Below are positions 61,911-64,000 of a stretch of 64,000 bases of DNA, in pieces. The translations under genes and the position numbers were made by a program. The stretch lies in NCBI RefSeq assembly GCF_004010195.1, contig NC_057718.1, forward strand, positions 17,958,373 through 18,022,372, in the 5' to 3' direction. This stretch comes from Chiloscyllium plagiosum. Lineage: Eukaryota. Under the pieces are notes generated by a model. It worked only from the letters and a program-made list of their open reading frames with translations, was not told the DNA's origin and ran no database searches. The first letter of the stretch is position 1; each line of letters opens with the position of its first letter.

Positions 61911-63476
61911 TCGCTAAACTCCACGTTTTGGGAAAAGAAAAGTTGAATGTTTTTGTTAATTATATTTTAGGATTTAAGCCTCGTTGACCTAATTTTTTAG
62001 GGTTAGTAGGGAACCAATCACAACTGTCTACCTTTGTTTGAGAAATATCTACATGTTGTTATTTAAAGGCTAGAGGGATGTGAAGAGGATTGTTTGGAGT
62101 GGGAAAATGGCTTGTTAGTTAAGTAATGCATAATATTTACTTTTGAAACTTTTTCGCACTGATGCATAAGTTATGCAGCCTGCTAATTGAAAAACCATTG
62201 TAACACTAACCAACAGGAAAGTGACTCATTTGATCTTTGTGTATACAATACCTTTCACAAAACTTGTATTTAATAAAAACAAAAACAATTGGGTGAAATC
62301 ATCTGAATTTCAAGTGAAAGCAGTCCATGTGGGAAAGGAACACTTTTGACAGTTCAATCACACTGCCAATACTGAATACTTACAGGTTAGTTGATCAACT
62401 GCAGGATTTAATCTCCCTGCCATGTGCCTCAATCCACTTTGTGAAAGTAATTTTTCTACTCTCCACTTCAATCATTCTTCTCGTTTCCTTGGGCAAGATG
62501 TCAAGTCGCAAAAAAAAAGAAAGAAAGATGTGTATTCATAAAATGCCTTTCGTAACCACAGCGTCTCGCAAAAGTCTTTCAACTGTGGCTCATTTTGGAG
62601 TTAAATATGGGTTCAAGTCCCATTCCAGGATTTGAGTACAAAGGTCCGGACTGACACTCTGTGGAAGGTGCTGCCTTTCAGGTGCCTCCTTGGGTGAACA
62701 GGAAAGGTCACATGATAGTATTGCAAAGAAGGATGACAGGGAAACAGATTGTCTCCGATTGTTATTACTTTGTGGGAGCTTTCTGTGTGCAAGTTTTCTG
62801 CTATGTTTCCTATATTGCAACAGTGAAAATTACTTCACTGGCTTTAAAGCATTTTGAGATGTACAGTGATCGTGGAAGGTACATAAACTCCCTTCTTTCT
62901 TTTTTGTAGTCACTGACGTAACGTGATATTGACGGGCCAAATGCCTTAGCCTGCTTGTTCACAGAAAACTGCCATAGACAGTCACATGATAGTGACTGGG
63001 TCATCTGTAGTAGAGATTATCAGGACAATAGAGGCAGTACTGTCGTGTGTTTGCATTTTGGGAACTGCCATGAGATGTGTGATGGAATCTTTCAAACGAA
63101 AATATTCATTTATCTAGAATCAGATGTGCTGTAGAGAGTCATACCTATGCCCTACTCTGATCATTTTTGTAATGAATTTTAAGAGTCTCGCCTTCAAAGT
63201 AAATACTAACCTGAAATGTATTTAAATCCTTCACCTTAAATCACAGACATGAACAGAAATGAGGTAATGAATTAGTTAGATGGTGAGCTGGAGGTGAATC
63301 TCCAAAAAAAAGTGTTAGTCAAAATGCTTTTTCGATATCAACAATATAATTTTTTGACATGTTGGCAGTCTCATTAACTTTTTCAAGCCAGTACCTCTGA
63401 TGCTACTTGAGATTTGTTGTTTAACAGGGAGTATTTATCAAAAGCAAGAAGATTAAACCTGGATTATTGTTGACTT

Positions 63477-63760
63477 TAGATTAGATTACTTAGTGTGGAA
63501 ACAGGCTGAAGCGCAACCAACCCAGACCCATTCCCTTACATTTCACCCCTTCACCTAACACTACGGGCAATTTAGCATGGCCAATTCACCTAACCTGCAC
63601 ATTCTTTTTGGACTGTGGGAGGAAACCGGAGCACCCGGAGGAAACCCACGCAAACACTGGGAGAATGTGCAAACTCCACATAGTCAGTCGCCTGAGGCGG
63701 GAAATGAACCGGGTCTCTGGCGCTGTGCCAGTTCTAACCACTGTGCCACCGTGCTGCCCA
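63477..63760 (-). mobile_element. HE1-type V-SINE (young)
   Basis: (TTAGA)n tail, GGAAACCGGAGCACCCGGAGGAAACCCACGC with CpGs retained, head ACCACTGTGCCACCGTGCTGCCC. Confidence 0.9.
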
Positions 63761-64000
63761 TAATTCATTTTATAAATAAATATCTTGATTGACTGACTAT
63801 AAATCAATGTACTTTCTCTACCTGTTTTTCTCTTGCTCAACTCTCATCTTGAAATATCCAAAGCTCTTTAGGGAAAGAAATCTGTCATCCTTACCATGTC
63901 TGGTATGTTTATCTCCAACTTCACAGCAATGTGGTTGACTCTTGCTTGCGTTGTGAAATGACCTGGCAACCCACTCTGTTCAAGGGTAGCCAGAATGGGC

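Overview
Vertebrate genomic DNA, almost certainly from a cartilaginous fish: it carries HE1-type V-SINEs, HER1/CR1 LINEs, DeuSINE remnants and abundant Penelope-like elements. The window is mostly intronic. Four GT-AG exons on the + strand (3118-3215, 30401-30539, 41311-41394, 45172-45328) splice in frame into the C-terminal half of an SLC46-family MFS transporter. It differs from SLC46A1/A3 by having extra introns and a Gln at the position of the essential PCFT Arg376. The 5' exons lie upstream of the window and the last exon could not be assigned. The rest is transposable-element debris: CR1, L2, RTE, Rex1/Babar-like, L1-like, solo LTRs, a Tigger-like MITE, Harbinger Myb/SANT remnants and several Penelope-like families. 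The strongest non-coding signal is about ten minimal hammerhead-ribozyme motifs (CUGANGA-stem II-GAAA-NN-UH) from several Penelope-like families. Some sit in 95-210 bp, sometimes palindromic, mini-insertions with their own 9-16 bp target-site duplications. There is also a four-level nested insertion, a perfect 99-bp direct duplication and a 404-N gap. Almost all ORFs in the supplied track are TE-derived or spurious. Family assignments rest on motif recall, not database searches, and TE boundaries without TSDs are approximate.
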